In this document: in pieces, positions 10,607-19,027 of the stretch | Position numbering within the stretch: position 1 is the stretch's first letter | Layout of the letters: each line of letters opens with the position of its first letter | NCBI RefSeq assembly: GCF_051097895.1 | Contig: NZ_CP142525.1 | Span: forward strand, 1,080,001-1,112,000 | Direction of reading: 5' to 3' | DNA from: Psychrobacter sp. HD31 | GTDB taxonomy: Bacteria; Pseudomonadota; Gammaproteobacteria; Pseudomonadales; Moraxellaceae | DNA: 32,000 nt | Made by a program: the position numbers and the translations under genes | The notes under the pieces: model-generated | Seen by the model: the letters and a program-made list of their open reading frames with translations, nothing else | Databases searched by the model: none | Told to the model about the DNA's origin: nothing

Positions 10607-10648
10607 TAGACCCAATAATAATAAAAATGTATAATGAGAATTATTATT
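10607..10648 (+). promoter_or_regulatory. Sigma70-like promoter (TAGACC-17-TATAAT) with an overlapping Fur-box-like site
   Basis: TATAATGAGAATTATTATT (10630-10648) matches the Fur consensus GATAATGATAATCATTATC at 15/19 positions and overlaps the -10 hexamer TATAAT (10630-10635). It lies 34 nt upstream of the ABC gene start. Confidence 0.6.
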
Positions 10649-10681
10649 AATTAAGTTCCTTTATACCAAAGGGTCTTTGCT

Positions 10682-12451
10682 ATGACTAAAACTAAAAAAC
10701 CATCGCTCCTCAAACGTCTGTCACCTTATATGGGCGACAAAAAGTATTTATTCACGCTTTCATTGTTCTTTTCAGCCATATCGGCAATATTAAATTTATT
10801 ACCTTTTGTCCTGATTTGGTGGATTGTCCGAGATTTATTTGCCACGCCTGATGCAGTGCGTATTAACAACATCAGCTTGTATGCTTGGCTAACTTTAGCA
10901 GCAGCCCTGCTGGCAATGTTTGTTTATTTTCTGGCATTGGTGACCTCACATTTGGCAGCGTTTCGAGTGGAAACAGGAATGCGACGTCAAGGAATGGCAA
11001 AAATTATGGCAATGCCGTTGGGATTTTTTGACCAATATTCCAGTGGTAAAATTCGTAAAGTAATTGATGATAATGCCAGCCAAACGCACACCTTTCTTGC
11101 CCATCAGATGCCAGACTTAGTAGGGAGTATTGTCGCTCCAATTGTATTGCTGGTATTACTGCTGGTGGTTAATTGGCGTTTGGGCATTGCTTCTTTGATT
11201 CCCATTGCCTTGGGGTTTTTCTCCATGCGTTTTATGATGACTGAAGAAGGTAAAAAGCGTCGTCAACTGTATATGGACCATCTGGAGCAGATGAGCAGTG
11301 AAGCAGTGGAATATGTGCGAGGCATACCCGTGGTAAAAACCTTTGGTCAGAGTGTCTTTTCCTTCAAACGTTTTGTAGATAGCATCATTGGTTATCGTGA
11401 TATGGTCTATGCAATGACCTTATCTTGGAATCATCCAATGGCATTTTATATGGTGATTATGCAATGTGCCGCTTTCTTCTTAGTACCGTTGGCTGTAATA
11501 ATGATTGGGCATAATCAAGCACCTGCACAGGTATTGACTGACTTTGTCTTTTATTTATTGATTGCACCTAACTTTACCTTGCTATTAATGCGAGTGATGT
11601 ATATCCAAAATCACTCGGCAATGGCATTACAGGTGGTTGACCGCTTTGATGACATGCTTGATTATCCAATGATGACATTTCCTGAAGCATCAGAGACGCC
11701 CAAAGACCACTCTTTACAATTTCAATCAGTGAGTTTTGCCTATGCAGGTGCAGATAAAAATGCCTTAACTGGCATTAGCTTTGAAGTTGCCGAAGGAGAA
11801 ACGGTAGCCTTAGTCGGTGCGTCAGGCAGTGGTAAAACAACCATTGCACGCTTAGCAGCACGTTTTTGGGATGTTAGTAGTGGAGAGATTCTTATCGGTG
11901 GTGTGCCAATCAAACAAATTAGCCAAGCCGACTTGATGCAAAACATTGCGTTTGTTTTTCAAAATACAAAACTATTCAAAACGACTTTGCGAGAAAACAT
12001 TCTTTATGGCAAAGAAGACGCCAGTGAAGCACAGATTACTGATGCTTTGCATCGCTCACAAAGCCAAGAAATCATTGATAAATTGCCACAGGGATTAGAT
12101 ACCGTTATTGGTAAAGAAGGCACTTACCTGTCTGGTGGTGAACAGCAACGAATTGCACTGGCTCGTGCTTTATTAAAAGATGCGCCCATTGTGTTGCTCG
12201 ATGAAGCCACTGCCTTTGCCGACCCTGAAAATGAGCACCTCATCCAACAAGCATTAAATACGCTACGTCAGGGCAAAACAACCTTAATGATTGCTCATCG
12301 ATTGAGTACCGTGGTTGATGCGGATAAAATTTTGGTGATTGATAAAGGCACTATTGCCGAGCAAGGTACACATGAGGAACTATTGGCACTCGGTGGTGTG
12401 TATCAACAGATGTGGCAGGAATATCAGCAGAGTGTTGCTTGGCGTTTATAA
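10682..12451 (+). CDS. ABC exporter-fold half transporter (fused TMD-NBD), first of a heterodimeric pair
   Basis: 589 aa with a 6-TM N-terminal domain, then Walker A GASGSGKTT, signature LSGGEQQRIALARAL and Walker B IVLLDEATAF. The Fur-like box lies upstream. Confidence 0.85.
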   Translation: MTKTKKPSLLKRLSPYMGDKKYLFTLSLFFSAISAILNLLPFVLIWWIVRDLFATPDAVRINNISLYAWLTLAAALLAMFVYFLALVTSHLAAFRVETGMRRQGMAKIMAMPLGFFDQYSSGKIRKVIDDNASQTHTFLAHQMPDLVGSIVAPIVLLVLLLVVNWRLGIASLIPIALGFFSMRFMMTEEGKKRRQLYMDHLEQMSSEAVEYVRGIPVVKTFGQSVFSFKRFVDSIIGYRDMVYAMTLSWNHPMAFYMVIMQCAAFFLVPLAVIMIGHNQAPAQVLTDFVFYLLIAPNFTLLLMRVMYIQNHSAMALQVVDRFDDMLDYPMMTFPEASETPKDHSLQFQSVSFAYAGADKNALTGISFEVAEGETVALVGASGSGKTTIARLAARFWDVSSGEILIGGVPIKQISQADLMQNIAFVFQNTKLFKTTLRENILYGKEDASEAQITDALHRSQSQEIIDKLPQGLDTVIGKEGTYLSGGEQQRIALARALLKDAPIVLLDEATAFADPENEHLIQQALNTLRQGKTTLMIAHRLSTVVDADKILVIDKGTIAEQGTHEELLALGGVYQQMWQEYQQSVAWRL

Positions 12452-12564
12452 CGCTTAACGCTGGTTTATCGATGATTATGAATCATTGAATGATTGAAAC
12501 AATAACATACCAAGAGCAAAACAAAAAAATACCATAAATTCGGTTGGTATGATAAGGAGAAAAC

Positions 12565-14298
12565 ATGATTGAATTTTTCCAACGACAATTTGCCTTAAGC
12601 CAACAAGGGGCGAAGGATTTAAAAGCAGCAATTATCAGTCATAGTCTGTTAAATATCTCGCTGTTACTGCCACCGATGGTTGCTTTTATCTTTCTTGATG
12701 ATGCGGTGCGGTTACTGACAGAAGGCACACCCCTTAAGTATGATGTGGTGTTTTATACCCTACTTGGTATTTTGTGTTTTGTGTTCATGTATGCCATTTC
12801 GTATATTGATTATCAGCGTTGTTATACCAAGATGTATCGTGAAAGTGCTGACAGACGCATCAAACTGGCAGAGACCTTACGCCAACTACCTTTAGACTTT
12901 TTTGCTCAAAAAGACGTTGCCGATTTAAGTGCCACCATTATGGATGATGCCACTCAACTGGAGCAGACATTTTCTCATGCTGTACCACAGGTCTTTGCTG
13001 CCTTAGTGAGCCTAAGCTTAATCACTTTAATGTTGTTTGTGTACCAATGGCAGATGGCATTGGCAGTGTTTTGGGTCGTTCCATTGGGGTTTTTGGTGTT
13101 TTTCTTATCAAAAAAAATCATGACCCGTGACCATGTCAAAATTTATCATATCAAGCGTCAAATCAGTGATAGCATTCAAGACGGGCTAGACCATGTACAA
13201 GATATTAAGTCTTATCATCAAGAACCCCATTATCTTAGCCACCTTGGCGAGCAACTGGATAACTACGAAAGCAGTCTTATAAAAGGCGAGTTGATTGGTG
13301 GTGCGTTACTCAATTTATCGCATTTTATCCTAAAGCTTGGATTACCCAGTGTGGTGCTGGTTGGTGCGTATTTGTTGTTGAATGATAGCATCAGCTTGTT
13401 TACTTATTTGGTGTTTTTAATTTTGGTGGGTCGTGTGTATGACCCCTTTATCGATACGATGAATAACTTTGCTGTCTTGTTGTATCTTAATGTGCGTATC
13501 AAACGTATGCGTGAAATGGACAATATGCCACGCCAAACTGGACGTAATCAATTTGACCCACAAGGTTATGATATTGTGTTTGATGAGGTTGCTTTTAGTT
13601 ATCAAGCAGGGCAAGAGATATTAAAAAACATCAGTTTTTGTGCCAAGCAAGGAGAAGTAACAGCATTGATTGGTGCGTCAGGCAGTGGAAAAAGTACCAT
13701 TGCCAAGTTAGTTGCACGTTTTTGGGACATCAATCAAGGACGCATTACCATCGGAGGAGAAAACATTGCTGATATTGACCCAGAAACACTGTTAAAATCC
13801 ATTTCTATCGTCTTCCAAGAAGTGGTTTTGTTTGATGCCAGTATCTTGGATAACATTCGTTTGGGTAACAAAGATGCCACAGATGATGAGGTCAAAGCAG
13901 CAGCCAAATTGGCTCAGTGTGATGATTTTATTAAGCAATTACCACAAGGTTATGACACTCTTATTGGTGAAAATGGCGAGCGTCTATCAGGTGGCGAAAG
14001 ACAGCGAATATCCATTGCCCGAGCCTTGCTGAAGGATGCTCCTATTATTTTGCTTGATGAAGCCACTGCCAGCCTAGATGCCAACAATGAAAGTAAAATT
14101 CAGCAGGCGATTAGTGAGCTGATTAAAAACAAAACTGTTATCATCATCGCCCACCGTATGCGTACGGTGATGGGTGCAGATAATATCATTGCCATTGGTG
14201 ATGGTAATATTGCGGAACAAGGCAAGCCAGAAATGCTACAACAACAGGGCGGAATATTTGCACGCATGTTAGCACGGCAAGGTGGACATTTGGTATAA
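12565..14298 (+). CDS. ABC exporter-fold half transporter (fused TMD-NBD), second of the pair
   Basis: 577 aa with a strong SD AAGGAG. Motifs are Walker A GASGSGKST, LSGGERQRISIARAL and IILLDEATASLD. Confidence 0.85.
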   Translation: MIEFFQRQFALSQQGAKDLKAAIISHSLLNISLLLPPMVAFIFLDDAVRLLTEGTPLKYDVVFYTLLGILCFVFMYAISYIDYQRCYTKMYRESADRRIKLAETLRQLPLDFFAQKDVADLSATIMDDATQLEQTFSHAVPQVFAALVSLSLITLMLFVYQWQMALAVFWVVPLGFLVFFLSKKIMTRDHVKIYHIKRQISDSIQDGLDHVQDIKSYHQEPHYLSHLGEQLDNYESSLIKGELIGGALLNLSHFILKLGLPSVVLVGAYLLLNDSISLFTYLVFLILVGRVYDPFIDTMNNFAVLLYLNVRIKRMREMDNMPRQTGRNQFDPQGYDIVFDEVAFSYQAGQEILKNISFCAKQGEVTALIGASGSGKSTIAKLVARFWDINQGRITIGGENIADIDPETLLKSISIVFQEVVLFDASILDNIRLGNKDATDDEVKAAAKLAQCDDFIKQLPQGYDTLIGENGERLSGGERQRISIARALLKDAPIILLDEATASLDANNESKIQQAISELIKNKTVIIIAHRMRTVMGADNIIAIGDGNIAEQGKPEMLQQQGGIFARMLARQGGHLV

Positions 14299-14406
14299 AC
14301 TTTGATTGGTTGATAGCAAACAAAAATCTTAGTTATACACATATTAGATAGCAAACCACATCAAATATGCTAGAATTTTGTAAACTCATTTTTTTAATTT
14401 ATATCA

Positions 14407-15135
14407 ATGAACTTGCAACAACTCATCAATGCCTGCCCTTACCAGTTCCCTACCCCTGCCGATGTCGACCCACAGGGGACAGGGATGGTAGCCATGGGAG
14501 CTGATTTAAGCCCTACTACCTTGCTAGCGGCTTACGCTCAAGGACTCTTCCCTTGGTTTAATGATGACGAAGAACCAATTACTTGGTGGTCACCAGAGCC
14601 ACGTTGCGTGCTAAAACCAAGTGACTATTATCCCAGTAAATCTCTACGTAAAGATGCCAAAAAATCCAACTGGATAACCACAGTCAATGCCGACTTTGAG
14701 CAGGTGATTTTTAATTGTTCTCTTCCAAGAAATTATAGTGATGAAACATGGATTACAGAAGATATGCAAAAAGCTTATCTTGAGTTACATGATTTAGGGT
14801 TTGCACACAGTATTGAGGTTTGGCGTGATGATACGCAAACTGAGCTGATTGGTGGGCTATATGGATTAAAACTTGGCAACCTTTTTTGTGGTGAATCCAT
14901 GTTCCACAAAGCAACCAATGCCTCTAAAATGGCTTTTTGGCGGCTTTGCCAACTTTGTGAACAAACGGGTGTGCAATTGATTGATTGCCAATTACCCAAT
15001 GATCATTTACTAAGCTTGGGGGCAAGTATTGTAAAAAGAGAACCTTTTTTAAAACAGTTAAGCCAGTTAGTAAAACACCCACATAGCCGTTGGCAAAGTA
15101 TAGCGGATACGCCAGTCAATCAATTGTTACAATAA
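14407..15135 (+). CDS. aat: Leucyl/phenylalanyl-tRNA--protein transferase
   Basis: LLAAYAQGLFPWFNDDEEPITWWSPEPRCVL..GGLYGLKLGNLFCGESMFH is characteristic of L/F-transferase. The position after the trxB/ABC pair matches E. coli. Confidence 0.9.
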   Translation: MNLQQLINACPYQFPTPADVDPQGTGMVAMGADLSPTTLLAAYAQGLFPWFNDDEEPITWWSPEPRCVLKPSDYYPSKSLRKDAKKSNWITTVNADFEQVIFNCSLPRNYSDETWITEDMQKAYLELHDLGFAHSIEVWRDDTQTELIGGLYGLKLGNLFCGESMFHKATNASKMAFWRLCQLCEQTGVQLIDCQLPNDHLLSLGASIVKREPFLKQLSQLVKHPHSRWQSIADTPVNQLLQ

Positions 15136-15145
15136 GCACCTAAAA

Positions 15146-15634
15146 CTACAGCATGAGTTGCATTATTAAAGCATCAACATGATGACCATGGTCACTTTTA
15201 TAATAGCCTTTTCGGCAATCAATTTGCATAAAACCCAACTTATTATATAAGCTAATTGCTGGCGTATTATCCGCCCTAACTTCTAATAACAAGCGTTCTA
15301 CGTTATCTGCTTTTAGTATAGCAATTAATTGTTGTAGTAAACGTAAAGCAATACCCTGTCTCTGCCAGTTTGGGTGCGTACCGATACGTAATACTTCACC
15401 TATTTCAAACAGTTGATGATACAAACAATAACCAATGATGGTTTCATCTGTATGGGTCCACTCTTTTACCACTAATAAATGGTTATATTTTGATTCAATT
15501 AATGCGTCAATACTGGTTGCTGACCAAGCGTTAGCCTGATGTAATAAGTGCTCAATGCTTGCTACTTGCACAGTATCTTGCACCACATCATTATTAGCAG
15601 ATGATTGTTTGTTAGAATTCACTATTTGTATCAT
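15146..15634 (-). CDS. rimI: GNAT N-acetyltransferase, RimI-like
   Basis: Acetyl-CoA motif QRQGIALRLLQQLI, LLLEVRADNTPAISLYNKLGF, and a YYKSDHGHHVDALIM tail resembling RimI. The track ORF extends to 15703, but that extension is hydrophobic junk and overlaps the tuf terminator stem, so I start at ATG 15634. No clear SD is present. Confidence 0.7.
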   Translation of the reverse strand: MIQIVNSNKQSSANNDVVQDTVQVASIEHLLHQANAWSATSIDALIESKYNHLLVVKEWTHTDETIIGYCLYHQLFEIGEVLRIGTHPNWQRQGIALRLLQQLIAILKADNVERLLLEVRADNTPAISLYNKLGFMQIDCRKGYYKSDHGHHVDALIMQLML

Positions 15635-15680
15635 ACTGGCAATTTTATCAAACCCGATAACTAAAAATAAGAAAAAAATC

Positions 15681-15715
15681 ACAAAAAAACCGCCCCAATA
15701 CAAAATATGGAGCGG
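15681..15715 (-). terminator. Rho-independent terminator after tuf
   Basis: Stem 15690-15697 / 15708-15715. The single C.A mismatch on the plus strand becomes a G-U wobble on the minus strand. On the minus strand it is followed by TTTTTTTGTGATTTTTTT. It lies 37 nt downstream of the tuf stop. Confidence 0.8.
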
Positions 15716-15751
15716 TTTTTTATGGTTAGGTGTTAACTAACGGTTTAGGAA

Positions 15752-16942
15752 TTAACCCTTAACATTTGCAACAACACCAGCACCTACAGTACGGCCACCT
15801 TCACGGATAGCGAAACGTAGACCTTTGTCCATTGCGATTGGGTGAATTAGCTCAACGCTCATTTCAACGTTGTCACCAGGCATACACATTTCTGTACCTT
15901 CTTGTAATTGGATTGCACCAGTTACGTCAGTTGTACGGAAGTAGAACTGTGGACGGTAACCATTTAGGAATGGTGTGTGACGACCACCTTCTTCTTTTGA
16001 TAGTACGTATACTTCTGCGTCGAAGTTGGTGTGTGGTGTGATTGAACCTGGCTTAGCTAGTACTTGACCACGTTGTACTTCTTCACGTTTGGTACCACGT
16101 AGTAGTACGCCACAGTTCTCGCCTGCACGACCTTCGTCTAGTAGTTTGCGGAACATTTCAACACCGGTACAGGTTGTTGTTTGTGTGTCTTTGATACCAA
16201 CGATTTCGATTTCGTCACCTACGGTGATGATACCTGATTCTACACGACCGGTAACAACTGTACCACGACCTGAAATTGAGAATACGTCTTCAATCGGCAT
16301 TAGGAAGTCTAGGTCGATTGCACGTTCTGGTTCTGGGATGTAGCTGTCTAGGGTGTTTAGTAGTTCTACTACTGCTGGTTCGCCGTATTTGTCTTCGCTA
16401 CCGTTTAGTGCTTCTAAGGCTGAACCTGCGATGATTGGTGTGTCGTCGCCTGGGAAGTCGTAGTCGCTTAGTAGTTCACGGATTTCCATTTCTACTAGTT
16501 CTAGTAGTTCTTCGTCGTCTACCATGTCACATTTGTTCATGAATACCATGATGTATGGTACGCCTACCTGACGTGATAGTAGGATGTGCTCACGTGTTTG
16601 TGGCATAGGACCATCAGTTGCTGATACAACTAGAATCGCGCCGTCCATCTGTGCTGCACCTGTGATCATGTTTTTAACATAGTCAGCGTGTCCTGGGCAG
16701 TCTACGTGTGCGTAGTGACGGTCTGTGGTGTCATATTCAATGTGTGAGGTGTTGATAGTAATACCACGTGCTTTTTCTTCTGGTGCATTGTCAATTGCTG
16801 CGTAGTCTTTTGCTTCGCCACCAAAGTGCTTAGCTGCTACTGTTGCGATTGCCGCTGTTAGTGTGGTTTTACCGTGGTCAACGTGTCCAATTGTACCTAC
16901 GTTTACGTGCGGTTTCGTGCGTTCAAACTTCTCTTTTGCCAT
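15752..16942 (-). CDS. tuf: Translation elongation factor Tu
   Basis: 396 aa with [17 protein letters not shown] and NKCD GTPase motifs. The sequence is near-canonical EF-Tu throughout, with visibly biased, higher-GC codon usage than its neighbours. Confidence 0.99.
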   Translation of the reverse strand: MAKEKFERTKPHVNVGTIGHVDHGKTTLTAAIATVAAKHFGGEAKDYAAIDNAPEEKARGITINTSHIEYDTTDRHYAHVDCPGHADYVKNMITGAAQMDGAILVVSATDGPMPQTREHILLSRQVGVPYIMVFMNKCDMVDDEELLELVEMEIRELLSDYDFPGDDTPIIAGSALEALNGSEDKYGEPAVVELLNTLDSYIPEPERAIDLDFLMPIEDVFSISGRGTVVTGRVESGIITVGDEIEIVGIKDTQTTTCTGVEMFRKLLDEGRAGENCGVLLRGTKREEVQRGQVLAKPGSITPHTNFDAEVYVLSKEEGGRHTPFLNGYRPQFYFRTTDVTGAIQLQEGTEMCMPGDNVEMSVELIHPIAMDKGLRFAIREGGRTVGAGVVANVKG

Positions 16943-17183
16943 GGGTGGCTCCTCGTTTATTTATAAAACTAAAATTAAATCAACTTAAATTTGGTAGTCC
17001 AAAAAATTGGTGAACATATTTTACACTATTTTTTGTACTTTCTCGATAGTTAGACAGATATTTTAACAAGTTAACACTTATAAAACCAAGGATTATTTTA
17101 TACAAAATGGTTTTTATAAAGCCAGCCGCATAATATCAAGGCATCTCTTTTTTTGTATATGTTTTATAAGCAATCATTTGCAA

Positions 17184-17214
17184 GATATAAAAGGCGACGA
17201 CTTTTGTCATCGCT
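17184..17214 (-). terminator. Rho-independent terminator after the aminotransferase gene
   Basis: Stem 17193-17201 / 17206-17214 with a tttt loop. The mismatch becomes G-U only on the minus strand, where TTTTATATCTT follows the stem. Confidence 0.7.
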
Positions 17215-17233
17215 TGATACCTATAAAAAATAC

Positions 17234-18226
17234 TTAAATTTGAGTTACCCAACCAAATTTATCTTCTGTTTTACCACATTGAATGTCATTTAATGTTTGG
17301 CGGATTTTCATAGTATTTGGCGATTCAGCACCACCTGCTACCATATAAATATCTTCATCAAATACCACCTCGGTTACTGGTGCTAAAACAGCAGCGGTAC
17401 CCGACAAAGCAATCTCTCCAGAGTTTGTCCATTGCATGAGTTCTTCAGCTTTGATATCTCTTTCAGTCACTTTATAACCTAACGACTCTGCAACTCTTAA
17501 TACAGAATCACGAGTGATGCCTGGTAAAAACTCACTCGTTAACCCTTTTGTTAGTACTTCTTCATCATTAATTAATAAACAGTTGGCCGCTGCGGTTTCT
17601 TGCACATCGCCATTTGGCGCAAAAATAACCTGATGCGTGCCGTATTTTTCTTTTGCTTGCATCACCAGCCCTAGTGCAGATGCATAGTTACCACCTGACT
17701 TAACTGCACCAAAATGTGGGGCACAACGCAGGTCTGTTGTATTTAATAATACGCGCATTTCTGCCCCTGGTGTAAAGTAATCACCCACAGGTGAAATCAG
17801 TACAAATAACATCGCCGTTTCGCTAGGTGATGCCGCACGCCCAATAGAAGGGTCCGTGCCCATAAGTGTTGGGCGGATATATGCCGCGCCAGGGAAAGCT
17901 GGCACTTGTTCACGATATTTTGACAGTAAGTCGATAATCATGCTTTTTAACTGCTCGGTATCCGGTACGGGTAAATACAGGGCACGTGCCGAGTTTTGCA
18001 TGCGTGCGACGTGATCATCAATACGAAAAACATTAATTTCACCATCAGCAGTTTTAAAGGCTTTCATACCTTCAAAGCAAGTGCTAGCATAATGCAAAAC
18101 ATGTGTTGCTGGATGCAATGGTAAGCTATCAGAAGGAACAAAAGTTGTATCTGACCATGCTTGACCATCAAAAGTTGCTAAAGTGATTTCATCAAAAAAT
18201 ACGGTACCAAATTCTGCATTTGCCAC
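17234..18226 (-). CDS. ilvE: Branched-chain amino acid aminotransferase (class IV PLP enzyme, long form)
   Basis: GTG start with GGAGA 6 nt upstream. Motifs include HYASTCFEGMKAF, the catalytic-lysine context GAVKSGGNYA, LPGITRDSV, and GTAAV..DKFGW at the C-terminus. Confidence 0.85.
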   Translation of the reverse strand: MANAEFGTVFFDEITLATFDGQAWSDTTFVPSDSLPLHPATHVLHYASTCFEGMKAFKTADGEINVFRIDDHVARMQNSARALYLPVPDTEQLKSMIIDLLSKYREQVPAFPGAAYIRPTLMGTDPSIGRAASPSETAMLFVLISPVGDYFTPGAEMRVLLNTTDLRCAPHFGAVKSGGNYASALGLVMQAKEKYGTHQVIFAPNGDVQETAAANCLLINDEEVLTKGLTSEFLPGITRDSVLRVAESLGYKVTERDIKAEELMQWTNSGEIALSGTAAVLAPVTEVVFDEDIYMVAGGAESPNTMKIRQTLNDIQCGKTEDKFGWVTQI

Positions 18227-18346
18227 GTTTGTTCTCCATTATATAAATATTTTAATCACAAAATTATATGCTTAATCCACTTAGATTCTAGCACAATTAA
18301 AAACAAATAAGGTGCAAAATAACGCTTACTTAAAGTAACTTATTTT

Positions 18347-18997
18347 TTAAAACTTTTGAATCTTAATCAAACAATTTGCGTCTTTTTTACCTAATACCTT
18401 GATATTAAACTGACTCATAAATAACGCCTTATAGTCTTCAAATGTACATGTGTATGGTGGATATAGGTAACTTTCTTGATCCGAAGCGCTTTCTTCAATA
18501 ACAAATATCCCAAATAGTACACCTTTGTGCTTAAGTAAGTGATACATAGTATTTACATATTTTTTCCTTAAATCAGGCGTAATAGCACAAAAGAAGGCTT
18601 TTTCAATTATATAATCAAATTTATGTTTAAAGTCTGGGGTAATGTCTGCAAGCTCAAAAAAATCTACTTTCATAACTCTCTCATAGGGGAAGCTAGCTAC
18701 CCGATGTCGAAAGTTTGCAATAGGGGTTGGCGCAAAATCTACCACATACACATTTTTATAGCCCTGCTGATGCAAAAACTCTGCCTCATAAGCATTGCCT
18801 GCACCAGGTATTAAAATATTGACAGATTTATCAATATCAGGTTGGCTAAAGTAACGCTTAACTGCGGGGAGTACTTGACCATGGTCGAACCTAGGCTTAG
18901 CTTTAGAATATGCTAAATCCCAGAATTCTGGTGAATTAATTTTTTCACCTTCAGACTTTTTTTCTGTATCCATATCAATGATTTCTTCTAAAAGCAT
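18347..18997 (-). CDS. Class I SAM-dependent methyltransferase, thiopurine/halide S-methyltransferase (TPMT)-like
   Basis: FWD..Y...PRFDHG N-terminal segment, SAM motif ILIPGAGNAYEAEFL, acidic VVDF, and PPY near the C-terminus. An alternative start is M8 (18976). Only 30 nt separate it from the kinase stop, with no hairpin between. Confidence 0.65.
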   Translation of the reverse strand: MLLEEIIDMDTEKKSEGEKINSPEFWDLAYSKAKPRFDHGQVLPAVKRYFSQPDIDKSVNILIPGAGNAYEAEFLHQQGYKNVYVVDFAPTPIANFRHRVASFPYERVMKVDFFELADITPDFKHKFDYIIEKAFFCAITPDLRKKYVNTMYHLLKHKGVLFGIFVIEESASDQESYLYPPYTCTFEDYKALFMSQFNIKVLGKKDANCLIKIQKF

Positions 18998-19027
18998 ACT
19001 TAAAACTCAAATTTATCATATCAATAC

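Noticed and set aside
10484-10609. 9-bp direct repeat ATCACCTAG (10484-10492 and 10601-10609) flanking the trxB terminator, considered as the target-site duplication of a MITE
   Set aside because: The enclosed 108 bp has no terminal inverted repeats. By rough estimate, a 9-mer recurring within about 120 bp is expected several times by chance in 32 kb of AT-rich DNA.
15832-16343. Plus-strand ORFs (69 and 84 aa) inside tuf
   Set aside because: These are antisense shadow ORFs within a near-canonical EF-Tu gene, with low-complexity translations. The same reasoning applies to the antisense ORFs inside ftsK (6871-7131, 7231-7527, 8083-8343), accD (2193-2749), the kinase gene, the PepSY gene, the oxidase and PLP genes, the trpB-like gene and the peptidase gene.
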